The position numbers and the translations under genes are program-made. From a virus: a stretch of DNA of 31,544 nt. The stretch is taken from the IMG/VR virus record IMGVR_UViG_3300018019_000438, one strand, 5' to 3'. Under the pieces are notes generated by a model. The model did not search any database. It had not been told where the DNA came from and saw only the letters and a program-made list of their open reading frames with translations. Of the stretch, positions 1 through 9,247 are shown in pieces; positions within the stretch are counted from its first letter, which is position 1; every line of letters starts with the position of its first letter.

Positions 1-992
1 GTCTGAATATCTTGTTGCTCCAAATAGAACGTGATTTCCTTGCGCGTAAATCTGTCCGTCTTAATGGTCAACGGAAACGCCAGCCAATTTGTTTCCGTAT
101 ATGGGGTCTGCTCGGGCAGAATGAAAAGGTCTTCGTACTGTTTGAAGAATGTCAGCAACCGCGCGAAGTTCTTTTTTCGCTTGGCTGAGAAATCAGGCAA
201 TCGATCCAGTTGGGCCAATCCAAAGGCCGCGTTCAGTTCGGTGGATTGCATATTGTAGCCAACTTCAGTGAAGATAAACTTGGCATCGTAATCCAATGAC
301 CCGATGTGGGCATTGAATCGGATTTGCAAATCTTCGGAGTCCCCGAATGTGGCGGAGCTTCGCCCCCAGCCGCGCAATACTCGGGCCTTGGTATTCCATG
401 CAGGTTCATTCACACATAGCATGCCTCCTCCGCCGCCTGCTGTGATGATGTGTGACCCATAGAAGCTGGTGGTGGAGATGTCAGAGTAACATCCTGTAGG
501 ATTGTCCTTGAATGTCGCTCCAATGGTATCGCAGGAATCTTCGATGAAATATAATCCTTCACTGTTTGCCAGTTCACTTAGTGCAAACATATCAGGAATA
601 TTCCCAATCAAAGATGGAATCATGATTGCTGCAGTGTTTTCTGTAACAACATCCCAAATTTTATCAGCTTTGGGTACGTATCTGCCCGGTTCTACATCCA
701 CAAACACGGGTTTCAATCGCTTCTGCAGAATAGGCGCAACCGTGGTAGAGAATGTTAAAGCGGGCGTAATGATCTCTGACCCTTCAGGCAAATTCAACAA
801 TTCCAAAGCCAGCAGATTTGCAGACGAGCCGGAATTGACCATGATGCCGTGTTCTTTGCCAAACAAGGCTGCAACTCGATGTTCGAACGCTAGGACATCC
901 GGCCCGGGAGCCAATCGGTTCTCGCTGATGGCACGGCAAACGTTTCGGACTTCTTCCTGTCCATGTACGGATAGGGCATACGGCACTCTCAT
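1..992 (-). CDS. DegT/DnrJ/EryC1/StrS-fold PLP/PMP-dependent NDP-4-keto-6-deoxysugar 3-dehydratase (ColD/RfbH-like), truncated by the window edge
   Basis: Not in the ORF track (no stop in window). Manual translation from ATG at 992, which overlaps the upstream TGA: MRVPYALSVHGQEE...VNSGSSANLLAL...TPALTFSTTVAPI...PVFVDV...IEDSCDTIG...SFYGSHIITAGGGGG...GWGR...GYN. His occupies the position of the usual catalytic Lys. Confidence 0.88.
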   Translation of the reverse strand, partial: MRVPYALSVHGQEEVRNVCRAISENRLAPGPDVLAFEHRVAALFGKEHGIMVNSGSSANLLALELLNLPEGSEIITPALTFSTTVAPILQKRLKPVFVDVEPGRYVPKADKIWDVVTENTAAIMIPSLIGNIPDMFALSELANSEGLYFIEDSCDTIGATFKDNPTGCYSDISTTSFYGSHIITAGGGGGMLCVNEPAWNTKARVLRGWGRSSATFGDSEDLQIRFNAHIGSLDYDAKFIFTEVGYNMQSTELNAAFGLAQLDRLPDFSAKRKKNFARLLTFFKQYEDLFILPEQTPYTETNWLAFPLTIKTDRFTRKEITFYLEQQDIQ

Positions 993-1969
993 TCTAGCCA
1001 CTTTTGATTCTCCTTCGTCCACAACACAGTTTGTTGAAGCGATTCTTGAAAATCCAAGGGCGGCTTCCATCCCATACTTCTGATTTTGCTATCGTTCAAA
1101 GCGTAACTCAAATCATGCACGGGAGCATCAGGTTCGGCCCATTCCCACGCAGTTAAGACTTTCAAACATCTTGCAATGATTCTGAATACTTCCAGATTAG
1201 ACTTTTCAGTGCCGGCTATGTTATATTTCTCACCGGGTATACCGTGAGCGAGCAGGAATACCAAAGCATTGGCTTGCGCGCGAGCATGCAACCAATTTCG
1301 AGTGCCTGATTGCCAACCCCATTTAACATCCGCATTGTTGAAAGTCCCATGAATCTTGACTTCTTCGCCACGCAATATCTTTCGTATGGTCATGGGCACA
1401 AATTTCTCGGGATGTTGTCGTTCGCCAAACATGTTCATAGTGCGAGAAATGATAACTGGCAAATCAAAAGAATGAAAATAGCTGTATGCTAAAAACTCAC
1501 CGGATGCCTTGGTGGCCGCATAGGGATTTGTGGGACGCAGAAGATCGTTTTCCTTGTATGGAACTTCGCGGGCAGGTCCGAAGACTTCGTCTGTGGAAAT
1601 GTAAATGAACTTCTTGGGTTGCAGTTTCCGGGCGGCTTCGAGCACATGAAGGGTGCCAAGGATGTTGGACTCTACGAACACTCGGGGATTTACGAATGAC
1701 CGCGCAACATGGGATTCTGCGCCATTATGTATAATGTGGTCCACATCACCGATCTGCTTGAGTGTTTCAGCAGAAAACGGGAAACGAAAATCATAACAAA
1801 CAAATTGAATTCGTGATCGATCAAGATGGGCCAGACGATCAAGGCGGCCCGCATAGGTGAGGCGATCCAAAGCCACCACTTCATTCTCAGGATTGGACAG
1901 TAGTTCTTCAACGATATGAGAGCCAGCAAATCCGCACGCCCCTGTTACTAAAACTTTCATCTTAACCAC
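989..1969 (-). CDS. rfbB: dTDP/NDP-glucose 4,6-dehydratase (RmlB-like extended SDR)
   Basis: GACGFAG Rossmann motif, DRLTYAG, AESHV, STDEV (catalytic T/D/E), YAATK, NMFGERQHPEKFVP. Confidence 0.9.
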   Translation of the reverse strand: MVKMKVLVTGACGFAGSHIVEELLSNPENEVVALDRLTYAGRLDRLAHLDRSRIQFVCYDFRFPFSAETLKQIGDVDHIIHNGAESHVARSFVNPRVFVESNILGTLHVLEAARKLQPKKFIYISTDEVFGPAREVPYKENDLLRPTNPYAATKASGEFLAYSYFHSFDLPVIISRTMNMFGERQHPEKFVPMTIRKILRGEEVKIHGTFNNADVKWGWQSGTRNWLHARAQANALVFLLAHGIPGEKYNIAGTEKSNLEVFRIIARCLKVLTAWEWAEPDAPVHDLSYALNDSKIRSMGWKPPLDFQESLQQTVLWTKENQKWLE

Positions 1970-2892
1970 TCCTCATTTTCTTTGTACCATTTTACAGTAG
2001 CCGCAAGGTCCTCGTTTACCGTGTCCGTGCAATAGACGCCCGCAAGTTTGGTATCCTGCAAGGCAAATCGCATGGCATGACTCTTGCTTGGAATCGCAGT
2101 CGGCTGAACTCGGACTGACCGGCCAGATGCCGATCCGATGATGCCAATGACCTCTGAGATGGTCTTTTCGGGACCAATGACATGATAGGTGTCAAGTTGT
2201 CCATTTTGTAGAAGCCAATATAAAGTTTTAACAAATTCCCGAATATGCAAAAAGTGCCGTGTTACGCATTGCCCTTCTGGTCCGACATGCAATGAAACAG
2301 GTTTTCCATCCAGAATAGTTTTCAGGATTGTGGGAACAAATCTGTTTGCACCTTGCCGCTCCCCAAAGAGGACAAGTGATCGAACGATCAAAGCCGGAAC
2401 TCCAAAAGAGCAGCGGTAACTCTGACTAAGTATCTCTCCTGTGGCTTTGGCAGCGGCATATGGTGTTGTCGGCACCATCGTGGTGTCTTCGGGTTTGAAT
2501 TCTGTAGTCTCGCCCAGTGTTTCGGCGGTCGAGACATAGATGAACTTGCGCGGTTTCAGTTTACGGGCAGCTTCAAGCATGTTGAAAGTTCCCAGTGCAT
2601 CTGCCCGTACAAACAATTCAGGGTTTCCCAAAGATCGGAGACCATGGACTTCCGCGCCCATATGAACAATATAATCCACCCCGTCCAACTCCTGCAACAG
2701 CCAGTCAGGGAATTCAGCAGTGAAATCGTGATACAGATGATGAACTCGCGGCGAGAATGCTAATGCCCCTAATTTGTTTTTCTGCGGTGTCAACCGTTCG
2801 AGAGAGTAAATCTCCCAATCGGGTTCTCCCAGCAAATACTCCGTGAAATGCGCTCCGACAAATCCGGTGCCGCCCGTTATTAGAACCTTCAT
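1957..2892 (-). CDS. RmlB-like NDP-sugar SDR paralog lacking the dehydratase Asp (possible reductase/epimerase)
   Basis: GGTGFVG, HMGAEVH and YAAAK present; STAET replaces STDEV. Confidence 0.8.
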   Translation of the reverse strand: MKVLITGGTGFVGAHFTEYLLGEPDWEIYSLERLTPQKNKLGALAFSPRVHHLYHDFTAEFPDWLLQELDGVDYIVHMGAEVHGLRSLGNPELFVRADALGTFNMLEAARKLKPRKFIYVSTAETLGETTEFKPEDTTMVPTTPYAAAKATGEILSQSYRCSFGVPALIVRSLVLFGERQGANRFVPTILKTILDGKPVSLHVGPEGQCVTRHFLHIREFVKTLYWLLQNGQLDTYHVIGPEKTISEVIGIIGSASGRSVRVQPTAIPSKSHAMRFALQDTKLAGVYCTDTVNEDLAATVKWYKENEEWLR

Positions 2893-3473
2893 GCATACTC
2901 CTCAAATTGAAAATTATCTGATTCCGGGGATGCTAACCATCGCTTTAGTGTTTGTGCCTTTCGGTCACGGTCAGACAAACACGCTTCTGAAAACTCTATG
3001 GGCCATTCAATCCCAATTTCAGGGTCATTCCAAAGAATGTTAGACTCCGCTGATGAGTTGTAAACGCTGGTGCATTTGTACTGAAGCTCTGCCACATCGG
3101 ATAAAACACAAAATCCGCGTGCAAAGCCAGCAGGAGCCCAAACTTGTTTTCGGTTCTCAGCGGATACTTCCAAACCCATCCACTGACCGAGAGTAGGAGA
3201 ACCTTTTCGGATATCCACTGCTACCAGAAAGACACTGCCTTGCGAAACCCGCATCAACTTACCCATAGGCGGTCCCCACTGAAAATGCAGACCACGAACT
3301 ACCCCTTTAATTGAACGTGAATGATTATCCTGAACAAAGCGAACCGGAATATCAAGGTCCCGAAGCCATTTCTCATGATAAGTTTCCATAAAGAAACCAC
3401 GACTATCCTGAAAAATGTCCGGTGTTAGAATGACAACATCAAGTACAGATGTAAATTCAACTTTAGCCTTCAT
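2889..3473 (-). CDS. rfbC: dTDP-4-dehydrorhamnose 3,5-epimerase (RmlC cupin)
   Basis: FQDSRGFFMETY, FVQDNHSRS..GVVRGLHFQ, GKLMRV..G.VFLVAVDIRKGSPT.GQW, WAPAGFARGFCVLSD, WNDP.IGIEWP. Confidence 0.93.
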   Translation of the reverse strand: MKAKVEFTSVLDVVILTPDIFQDSRGFFMETYHEKWLRDLDIPVRFVQDNHSRSIKGVVRGLHFQWGPPMGKLMRVSQGSVFLVAVDIRKGSPTLGQWMGLEVSAENRKQVWAPAGFARGFCVLSDVAELQYKCTSVYNSSAESNILWNDPEIGIEWPIEFSEACLSDRDRKAQTLKRWLASPESDNFQFEEYA

Positions 3474-3480
3474 AGTTTCC

Positions 3481-4113
3481 TCAAACTATCTGCTTGCATT
3501 TATTGATGAACGCCGCTTGTTGCACAGGTGTCCGACCTTGCCAAGCATGAAAAAATAGATTCCCATATGTGGTATTGTGGCCATATTTTCGGGCTCCTGA
3601 GTCCAAGTCCCATATCAGATTGTCGGAACAGGTGGGACGAATCATGTGAACGGAGTTGGGATCATCTTTTTCCCATGCGTAGGTTAATTCTTCTCCTGTA
3701 TCTCCTCGTTCAGTTGTAAAGAACGCTGGACTTCCCAAGGATACATACTTCTGTTTGGAGAATGCCATGCAAGCCGATGATACATAGATGTGCTGGTTGT
3801 TTTGAAGATGATTCGCCCGTTGGATGATGCCAGCCAGCCAACCTTGTTGAGCCGAATCGAAAAGATAAGGAAAGGCCACATCGCTTAGGGGAATACAATC
3901 CGTATCAAGAAAGATGATGATATCCGTCTCGCACATCTGTACGCATCTGCTCATCCCTATGGCATGGGGCTCGCCGCCAAAAGGCTGGAAGAACTGAGTA
4001 AAAGTCCATCCATCGGGCAGAAACTTTCGCACGATGCGATCTTGTTGATGAAGAACTTCTTCTCCCATGTTACCGTTGTGAATGGAAAATACACTAGCCA
4101 ATATCTGCTTCAT
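3481..4113 (-). CDS. GT-A fold glycosyltransferase
   Basis: IIIFLDTDCIPL DxD motif; start moved to MKQIL; lies in the glycan cassette. Confidence 0.7.
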   Translation of the reverse strand: MKQILASVFSIHNGNMGEEVLHQQDRIVRKFLPDGWTFTQFFQPFGGEPHAIGMSRCVQMCETDIIIFLDTDCIPLSDVAFPYLFDSAQQGWLAGIIQRANHLQNNQHIYVSSACMAFSKQKYVSLGSPAFFTTERGDTGEELTYAWEKDDPNSVHMIRPTCSDNLIWDLDSGARKYGHNTTYGNLFFHAWQGRTPVQQAAFINKCKQIV

Positions 4114-4771
4114 ATGCCTCCCACATCCATCGCGGATCGTACAACAACGAAGCATCCCGTCTGAGCAGAGCCTCGGGTGACGAATGCCTAGAAAGATGAC
4201 AAGAAATTATATCGTTGGTTTTGAGAACGGGTTCTTGATTGTAGTGCCACGTCTGGCCCATAGAATATCGGGGGTCGTTTACCGCTTCTATTCCCACGCT
4301 AGCCATGAATTCTCCAATCCATGCATCATCTGCATGCGGACAAGAAAATTGGGCGGATTGGTCTCCTGTTAAAAGTAATCCGGCTTGGGTCGAAAGCCAA
4401 AATCCTGCGCCATGTTGACAGAAACGAATATCACTGGATAACAATGGCAACTGCCCGATGTAGTCGGCTCTCTCAAACTGAGAATTGAGTAGTCTAGACG
4501 TGCTTACATACGTATCCGTGCATGCATTGAAAAAATGAGTATATCCGGCATCTAACGCCCATCGGACGGACGCCTGTACTTTAGCAGTCAAACCCGCAGT
4601 GTTGTCATCCGCGTCTACCGCTATTTCATCTTCGTGTTGTACGGTAGCCCCTCGTCCAAGAAAGAATTTGTACGGGATTAGACTCGTGCGCGCCCATGTA
4701 TTTCGGATGGCATCGTTACAACCTTTCACCATGTCACGCTGACAAGAAAGGATCAGAATAACGGGGCGCAT
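4094..4771 (-). CDS. GT31/Fringe/galactosyltransferase-like glycosyltransferase
   Basis: ILILSC..AIRNTW..YKFFLG..KVQASVRWAL..GYTHFFNACTDTY..DYIG..HGAGFWLS..DDAWIG; paralog of the adjacent ORF. Confidence 0.72.
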   Translation of the reverse strand: MRPVILILSCQRDMVKGCNDAIRNTWARTSLIPYKFFLGRGATVQHEDEIAVDADDNTAGLTAKVQASVRWALDAGYTHFFNACTDTYVSTSRLLNSQFERADYIGQLPLLSSDIRFCQHGAGFWLSTQAGLLLTGDQSAQFSCPHADDAWIGEFMASVGIEAVNDPRYSMGQTWHYNQEPVLKTNDIISCHLSRHSSPEALLRRDASLLYDPRWMWEAYEADIG

Positions 4772-5451
4772 GGTGCATATCCTATGTCCTGTTGGTAGGC
4801 TTCAAACATCCATGCAACATTATATTGTCCAGTTTTACGAGATAGATGACAGGAAATATTTTCGTTGGTGGGCAGGACCGGGGGTTCGTGAAAATCGTAA
4901 CTTTCTCCCATTGAATATCGGGAGTCTTCTGTTAGAACTATCCCTTCCTGCCGCAGAGTCTTTTGAACCCAATCATCCTCATTTTGGCCTATGCCTGGAT
5001 CGTTTGGAGTAGGAGTGATATCCGCGTTCGCTACAATGTGACCTGCACGCTCCGATAGCCAGTAACCTGATCCACCGCTCGCGGCGTTCCCGGCAAATTT
5101 CGGTCCTCCTGCCCATCCAATATAGTCCGCGCGCTCGAAATCCGAGTGCAGCAAACGATATGTGTTAATATAGGCATCTCGTTCCGCACAAAAGAAGTTC
5201 GTGTATCCTTCACGAATGGCCCATCGGATGGTATCTCGACGTTTGAAAGTTTGAGACTTGCGGTCGTCAATCGCATCTACCACCACTTCATCATCGTGTG
5301 TGGAGACGTTATGGATACCATAATCAGGATTGAAGGACCCAAGAAAGAATTTGTACGGTATGGAACTATTAGCTCCCCACGTCTTTCGAATCGCATCATG
5401 GGTGCGGATATCCACGCAACAGGAAATAAGCAAAATCACAGGCTTGCTCAT
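4753..5451 (-). CDS. GT31/Fringe/galactosyltransferase-like glycosyltransferase
   Basis: VILLISC..IRKTWG..YKFFLG..IRWA..GYTNFFCAERDAY..DYIG..SGGSGYWLS..EDDWV; start moved to MSKPV (ATGA overlap with upstream stop). Confidence 0.72.
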   Translation of the reverse strand: MSKPVILLISCCVDIRTHDAIRKTWGANSSIPYKFFLGSFNPDYGIHNVSTHDDEVVVDAIDDRKSQTFKRRDTIRWAIREGYTNFFCAERDAYINTYRLLHSDFERADYIGWAGGPKFAGNAASGGSGYWLSERAGHIVANADITPTPNDPGIGQNEDDWVQKTLRQEGIVLTEDSRYSMGESYDFHEPPVLPTNENISCHLSRKTGQYNVAWMFEAYQQDIGYAPCAPLF

Positions 5452-6194
5452 GAATTTAAATTTCCCCAATCCTTGCCTTCATTGGCAATCATTTGAGCAG
5501 ACAGGCGTTCATATCGCCGCGAGTTTTCATGATAGATGGGCAACTCTGCATCTGTTCTACCCTGTGGATGCCACTGATGGTATATTTCCACGTCAAACAT
5601 ACGTCGAGACTCCATTATCCCATTATTCCATCGCACAAGTCGTTCCCGAAAATTGCAGTCATCCCCGCCGTATCCGATCCACGATTCTTCAATACCACCC
5701 ATGACTACTACAACATCTCTACGAATGGCTTGCCCGCGATAATTCCAAAAAGTCGGAATTCCGTTAGCGTCTTTGAACTCTATACCGGGATTTTGTCCAT
5801 TGCGGTCAAGATGTTTCACCACGGCGTAGGTAGTTACATTGGGGTTCTCTTCGACCGGGCGCACCAGATTTTCTATATCAGTGGGTTTAGTGAACATGCA
5901 GGCGTCGTCATGAATGAGCAGGATTTTGCCGGTCGCTATCTTAATGGCGCAGTTCAAAGGGATCGCTTGGTTTGAATACACCAACTTGGGACGATTTACC
6001 CGCCGATAGTGTTCAATATGGAGAGCCGTCTTCCATTTCTCACATACTGCAAATGTAGCACCCCCGTCATCGTCCCCGTCTTCTACCACAACAATCTGAT
6101 CCGGTTTTCGTGTCTGGTTGACAATGGAAAAAAGAGTCTTTTCCAAATACGGAGCATGATGGTATGTAGCTAAAACAAGCGAGACTTTAGACAT
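5448..6194 (-). CDS. Family 2 glycosyltransferase with GT7-like C-terminal motif
   Basis: VSLVLATY, IVVVEDG, LLIHDDAC, GGIEESWIGYGGDDCNF.ERL, IYHQWH. Confidence 0.85.
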   Translation of the reverse strand: MSKVSLVLATYHHAPYLEKTLFSIVNQTRKPDQIVVVEDGDDDGGATFAVCEKWKTALHIEHYRRVNRPKLVYSNQAIPLNCAIKIATGKILLIHDDACMFTKPTDIENLVRPVEENPNVTTYAVVKHLDRNGQNPGIEFKDANGIPTFWNYRGQAIRRDVVVVMGGIEESWIGYGGDDCNFRERLVRWNNGIMESRRMFDVEIYHQWHPQGRTDAELPIYHENSRRYERLSAQMIANEGKDWGNLNS

Positions 6195-6513
6195 TGGTTC
6201 TCAAATCCGTGATACTCAGAATTCCGGGCGATGTATCTACCGCCTGACTGAAAAACTGACTTCGATTGCCTGTTGCAACGTTTCCTGAGATTACTTTTGC
6301 AATAGGATAGCATCCAAATGGAAGGCTTGAACCAGATTGAATCTGCCCGCCGCTTGTTACCCAAAAATATGTTGTGGCATTGGCGGGCACAGAAAACTCT
6401 CCGCCCAGATACAGCACAGTATTTATCTCTCCGGGCGCGATATAGATACCAAGGCCCGCGTTTTGCTGGCCATATAGCCAATTGGGGGAGAATCCGAAAA
6501 TGTTGTCAGCCAT
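6187..6513 (-). CDS. hypothetical protein (beta-rich, possibly virion-associated)
   Basis: 108 aa ORF that tiles between two glycosyltransferase genes. Confidence 0.65.
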   Translation of the reverse strand: MADNIFGFSPNWLYGQQNAGLGIYIAPGEINTVLYLGGEFSVPANATTYFWVTSGGQIQSGSSLPFGCYPIAKVISGNVATGNRSQFFSQAVDTSPGILSITDLRTNV

Positions 6514-6521
6514 TGTTTATT

Positions 6522-7295
6522 TTACCATTCAGCAGGATCACGAATACCTGTAACAGAATCAACTCGTGCATTCATGTGATAGAATCGCCGCGCATTGGGT
6601 TCAGGGTAATAAATAGAGATTCGAAAAGTTTCCCATGGCGTGTTCGCCACTGGGCCATACATGCCTATCTCAATCATCTTGCGTTCGGTGGGTTGAAAAT
6701 GTCTTGATAGAATTTCACGATAGAAGTTTGCGGAGCCCATGTTCGGCCATTGCGAGTATTGTGTTGTCTTAATGAAAGTAGAATTACCCTGTGTCAAACG
6801 GCCATGCATGAGGTGTTCGTGCTCATGCCAAATCTTCTCCCATAGATAGAAACGAACCATGTTCACTTTATTGTATGTGATGACATCCGCGATGTCTTGC
6901 CATGCAAAAGCACAGTCTTCAGGATGAATGCTTCCGTCATCTCGGGGATTCTGAATCGTGGGCAGATATGTATCGTGTTCAATGAACAATACAAGAGGCG
7001 TGGTAATCTTTTTCAAAGTCTCTCGCAACATCCACGCCTGCTGAGTCGGCTGATCGAAAACAGCCATTTCTATACGACCATATTCGAGAAGTCTTTTGCT
7101 GAGTTGATTTTTGTATTCTTCGTACTGTGCTCTACGGTGTTCCACCTGCGGACGCACGCCATCTGCCATCACAATAATTCGGGATTCCGGCAAATGGAAT
7201 CGGATAGATTGAATGGTCTTCTCGATGATGGTGGTAGATGGATGTGAAGGCACGGGTGAAGTAGGAATCACACAAGTAACAATATCATCGATCAT
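6522..7295 (-). CDS. GT-A fold glycosyltransferase-like protein
   Basis: VTCVIPTSP..HP, IIVMADG, VLFIEHD; start at MIDDIV with GAGGAGAGG SD and ATGA overlap. Confidence 0.7.
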   Translation of the reverse strand: MIDDIVTCVIPTSPVPSHPSTTIIEKTIQSIRFHLPESRIIVMADGVRPQVEHRRAQYEEYKNQLSKRLLEYGRIEMAVFDQPTQQAWMLRETLKKITTPLVLFIEHDTYLPTIQNPRDDGSIHPEDCAFAWQDIADVITYNKVNMVRFYLWEKIWHEHEHLMHGRLTQGNSTFIKTTQYSQWPNMGSANFYREILSRHFQPTERKMIEIGMYGPVANTPWETFRISIYYPEPNARRFYHMNARVDSVTGIRDPAEW

Positions 7296-8242
7296 TGGCC
7301 TCTCCTCAACGCCGCCATATCTTGAGACAACCAACCATGCATTGCCTTTTTGTAATCCTTCCACCATGCCATCGCGGTATCTCGGTTCGCGGGCCATTTA
7401 GCCAGTTCCTGCCTCATCACTTCTGGCAATGTTTTCCAATCACGGACAATCGGAAATGGAGGAGTGCATTTCAATACGTAGTCCCAAAATCCGTCAGGAA
7501 ATCCGGGGCGCGGACAAGTTGCGTCGATGATCGGAAGGCATCCCGCTTCCAGTGCTTCGGCCATTCTGATAGTATCAGGAGTGACAGGACCAGACGGACA
7601 AGGAATGATCTTGGCGCTGGCCATGGTGCGAAAGTACTCCGCGCGTTCCAATCCCTGCCAGAATCCCTTGGTCTCTATCAATCTGCCGTTGGGCATGTCT
7701 CGAAGCACGGATGCGCAAACGGTGCGACGAACGTGGGTAATCTGTCCCGAAAAGAACCAATCCAGCGGTCGATCCACTAATGTGGCATCGTAGTTGGCTA
7801 GATGCATTTGGGTGTCGTGCGGATAACCGCAAATCAGGAAACGGGAAGCAAACCAATGCTTGCCCGGAATCGGCATCTGCTGCCAGATTTTTCGATTGGT
7901 TTGAACCAAGGATTGAGTTGGAAAATAGGCCCCGTCATCACAGAAAACAACCACGATAGCACGTTGAAAACGATTCAAATCCGATTGTATCTGATTCACT
8001 TGACCAATCAAATGCTCGCCATGAATGACTACCACCGCTTCTGTTGCGTCTGCGGGGCAATCAGCCATCCCACTGCAATGAACCAGAGACATAATGCCTG
8101 CGGTAGAGGTAGGATGCAGAAGTTCATAGTCTGCGGTACCGTCGAAAGCTTCATTTAACAAAGTAGCGTCAGCGTATCGGCTTCTTTTTTCGAGTCCGAG
8201 GACCCCTTCATACCAAATGATTGGGATTTGGTTAGATGGCAT
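7292..8242 (-). CDS. Exostosin-like (GT47) glycosyltransferase
   Basis: WFFSGQITHVRR..C, YFRTMASAKIIPCPSG, DTIRMAEALEAGCLPII; start moved to MPSNQ. Confidence 0.8.
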   Translation of the reverse strand: MPSNQIPIIWYEGVLGLEKRSRYADATLLNEAFDGTADYELLHPTSTAGIMSLVHCSGMADCPADATEAVVVIHGEHLIGQVNQIQSDLNRFQRAIVVVFCDDGAYFPTQSLVQTNRKIWQQMPIPGKHWFASRFLICGYPHDTQMHLANYDATLVDRPLDWFFSGQITHVRRTVCASVLRDMPNGRLIETKGFWQGLERAEYFRTMASAKIIPCPSGPVTPDTIRMAEALEAGCLPIIDATCPRPGFPDGFWDYVLKCTPPFPIVRDWKTLPEVMRQELAKWPANRDTAMAWWKDYKKAMHGWLSQDMAALRRGQ

Positions 8243-9200
8243 CAACCAACTCCATAAAAGTATTACGAAAGAACTCTCTGTTATCAAGAAAAGCTTGTCT
8301 GGCGGGAATACTTCTTGCCGCAATAGCGTCTGGACGATCCATGATGCTTACCGCTTTTCGGACAGAGTTGAGTACTGATTGGGGGGTTACATGATTCAGT
8401 TGAGCTAATGCCCGGGGCACACATTGGACAACAGGCATAAGGCATTCGCGCATGATGCCGCCATACGTGTTCATTGGCGGGGCGTCTGTGGTCAATACGA
8501 GCCCTCCGCATCCCAGCGCCTCATGGATCACATGCCCGAAGCCTTCATACATGGACGGGATCACATGAAACTGGTGACTGTTTATCAGTTGGATGATTTC
8601 ATCGTCCGTCGCGTGAGGGATGTGGGTAACATTGTTGTCAGGAAATGGATTTTTCGGATCAAACTGATTATTGAAAATCGGGGCACGGGCAATCACAGTC
8701 AGAGGTGGGAGCGGAGTCCCATGAACAATGCGGGCCATTCGCCATGCATCAAGAACGGCATTCGTGTTTTTGTATTCTGACTTACCTGCAACATGAAGAA
8801 ACTTTGATTCGCGCGGAATTTCAGGGTGGCAAATATCGCGGGCTTCGAAACTGGTATAGACACACTTGGCCGAATCAACCTTTCGGCACCAGATATCGTA
8901 ACAATCTTTTGTCTTGCAGATGATTTTGCTGAACTGCGGAAGGAAACGGTCATTAAGCGGATTCCACCATTCACTGTTTGGAACCAACCAATGCTCTCGG
9001 GAGAGAGAAAGAACGCGAGGAGAAACAACTTCAAAAGATATCGTGAGATCGCTGGAATGGAGTTCACAGGACATATCCGTATAGTGAACGCCCATCACAT
9101 AGTGGCCTTGAGACATAAGTAAATCGCGGAGCAGTAAATACTCTCTTTCGAGTCCCGCGCCACAAAGGCTGGTCACCACAGTGATATCTTTTTTCATCAT
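8232..9200 (-). CDS. GT-B (family 4-like) glycosyltransferase
   Basis: FLHVAGKSEYKNT, HVIPSMYEGFGHVIHEALGCG.LVLTTDAPPM. Confidence 0.85.
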   Translation of the reverse strand: MMKKDITVVTSLCGAGLEREYLLLRDLLMSQGHYVMGVHYTDMSCELHSSDLTISFEVVSPRVLSLSREHWLVPNSEWWNPLNDRFLPQFSKIICKTKDCYDIWCRKVDSAKCVYTSFEARDICHPEIPRESKFLHVAGKSEYKNTNAVLDAWRMARIVHGTPLPPLTVIARAPIFNNQFDPKNPFPDNNVTHIPHATDDEIIQLINSHQFHVIPSMYEGFGHVIHEALGCGGLVLTTDAPPMNTYGGIMRECLMPVVQCVPRALAQLNHVTPQSVLNSVRKAVSIMDRPDAIAARSIPARQAFLDNREFFRNTFMELVDAI

Positions 9201-9210
9201 CTCCTCAAAA

Positions 9211-9239
9211 TAAAAAAGGCCGCTTCCTCTTGCGGCCTT
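9211..9239 (-). terminator. Rho-independent terminator between the post-capsid genes and the glycan cassette
   Basis: Minus strand AAGGCCGC-AAGAGGAA-GCGGCCTT followed by a T run. Confidence 0.75.
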
Positions 9240-9247
9240 GATTTTCT

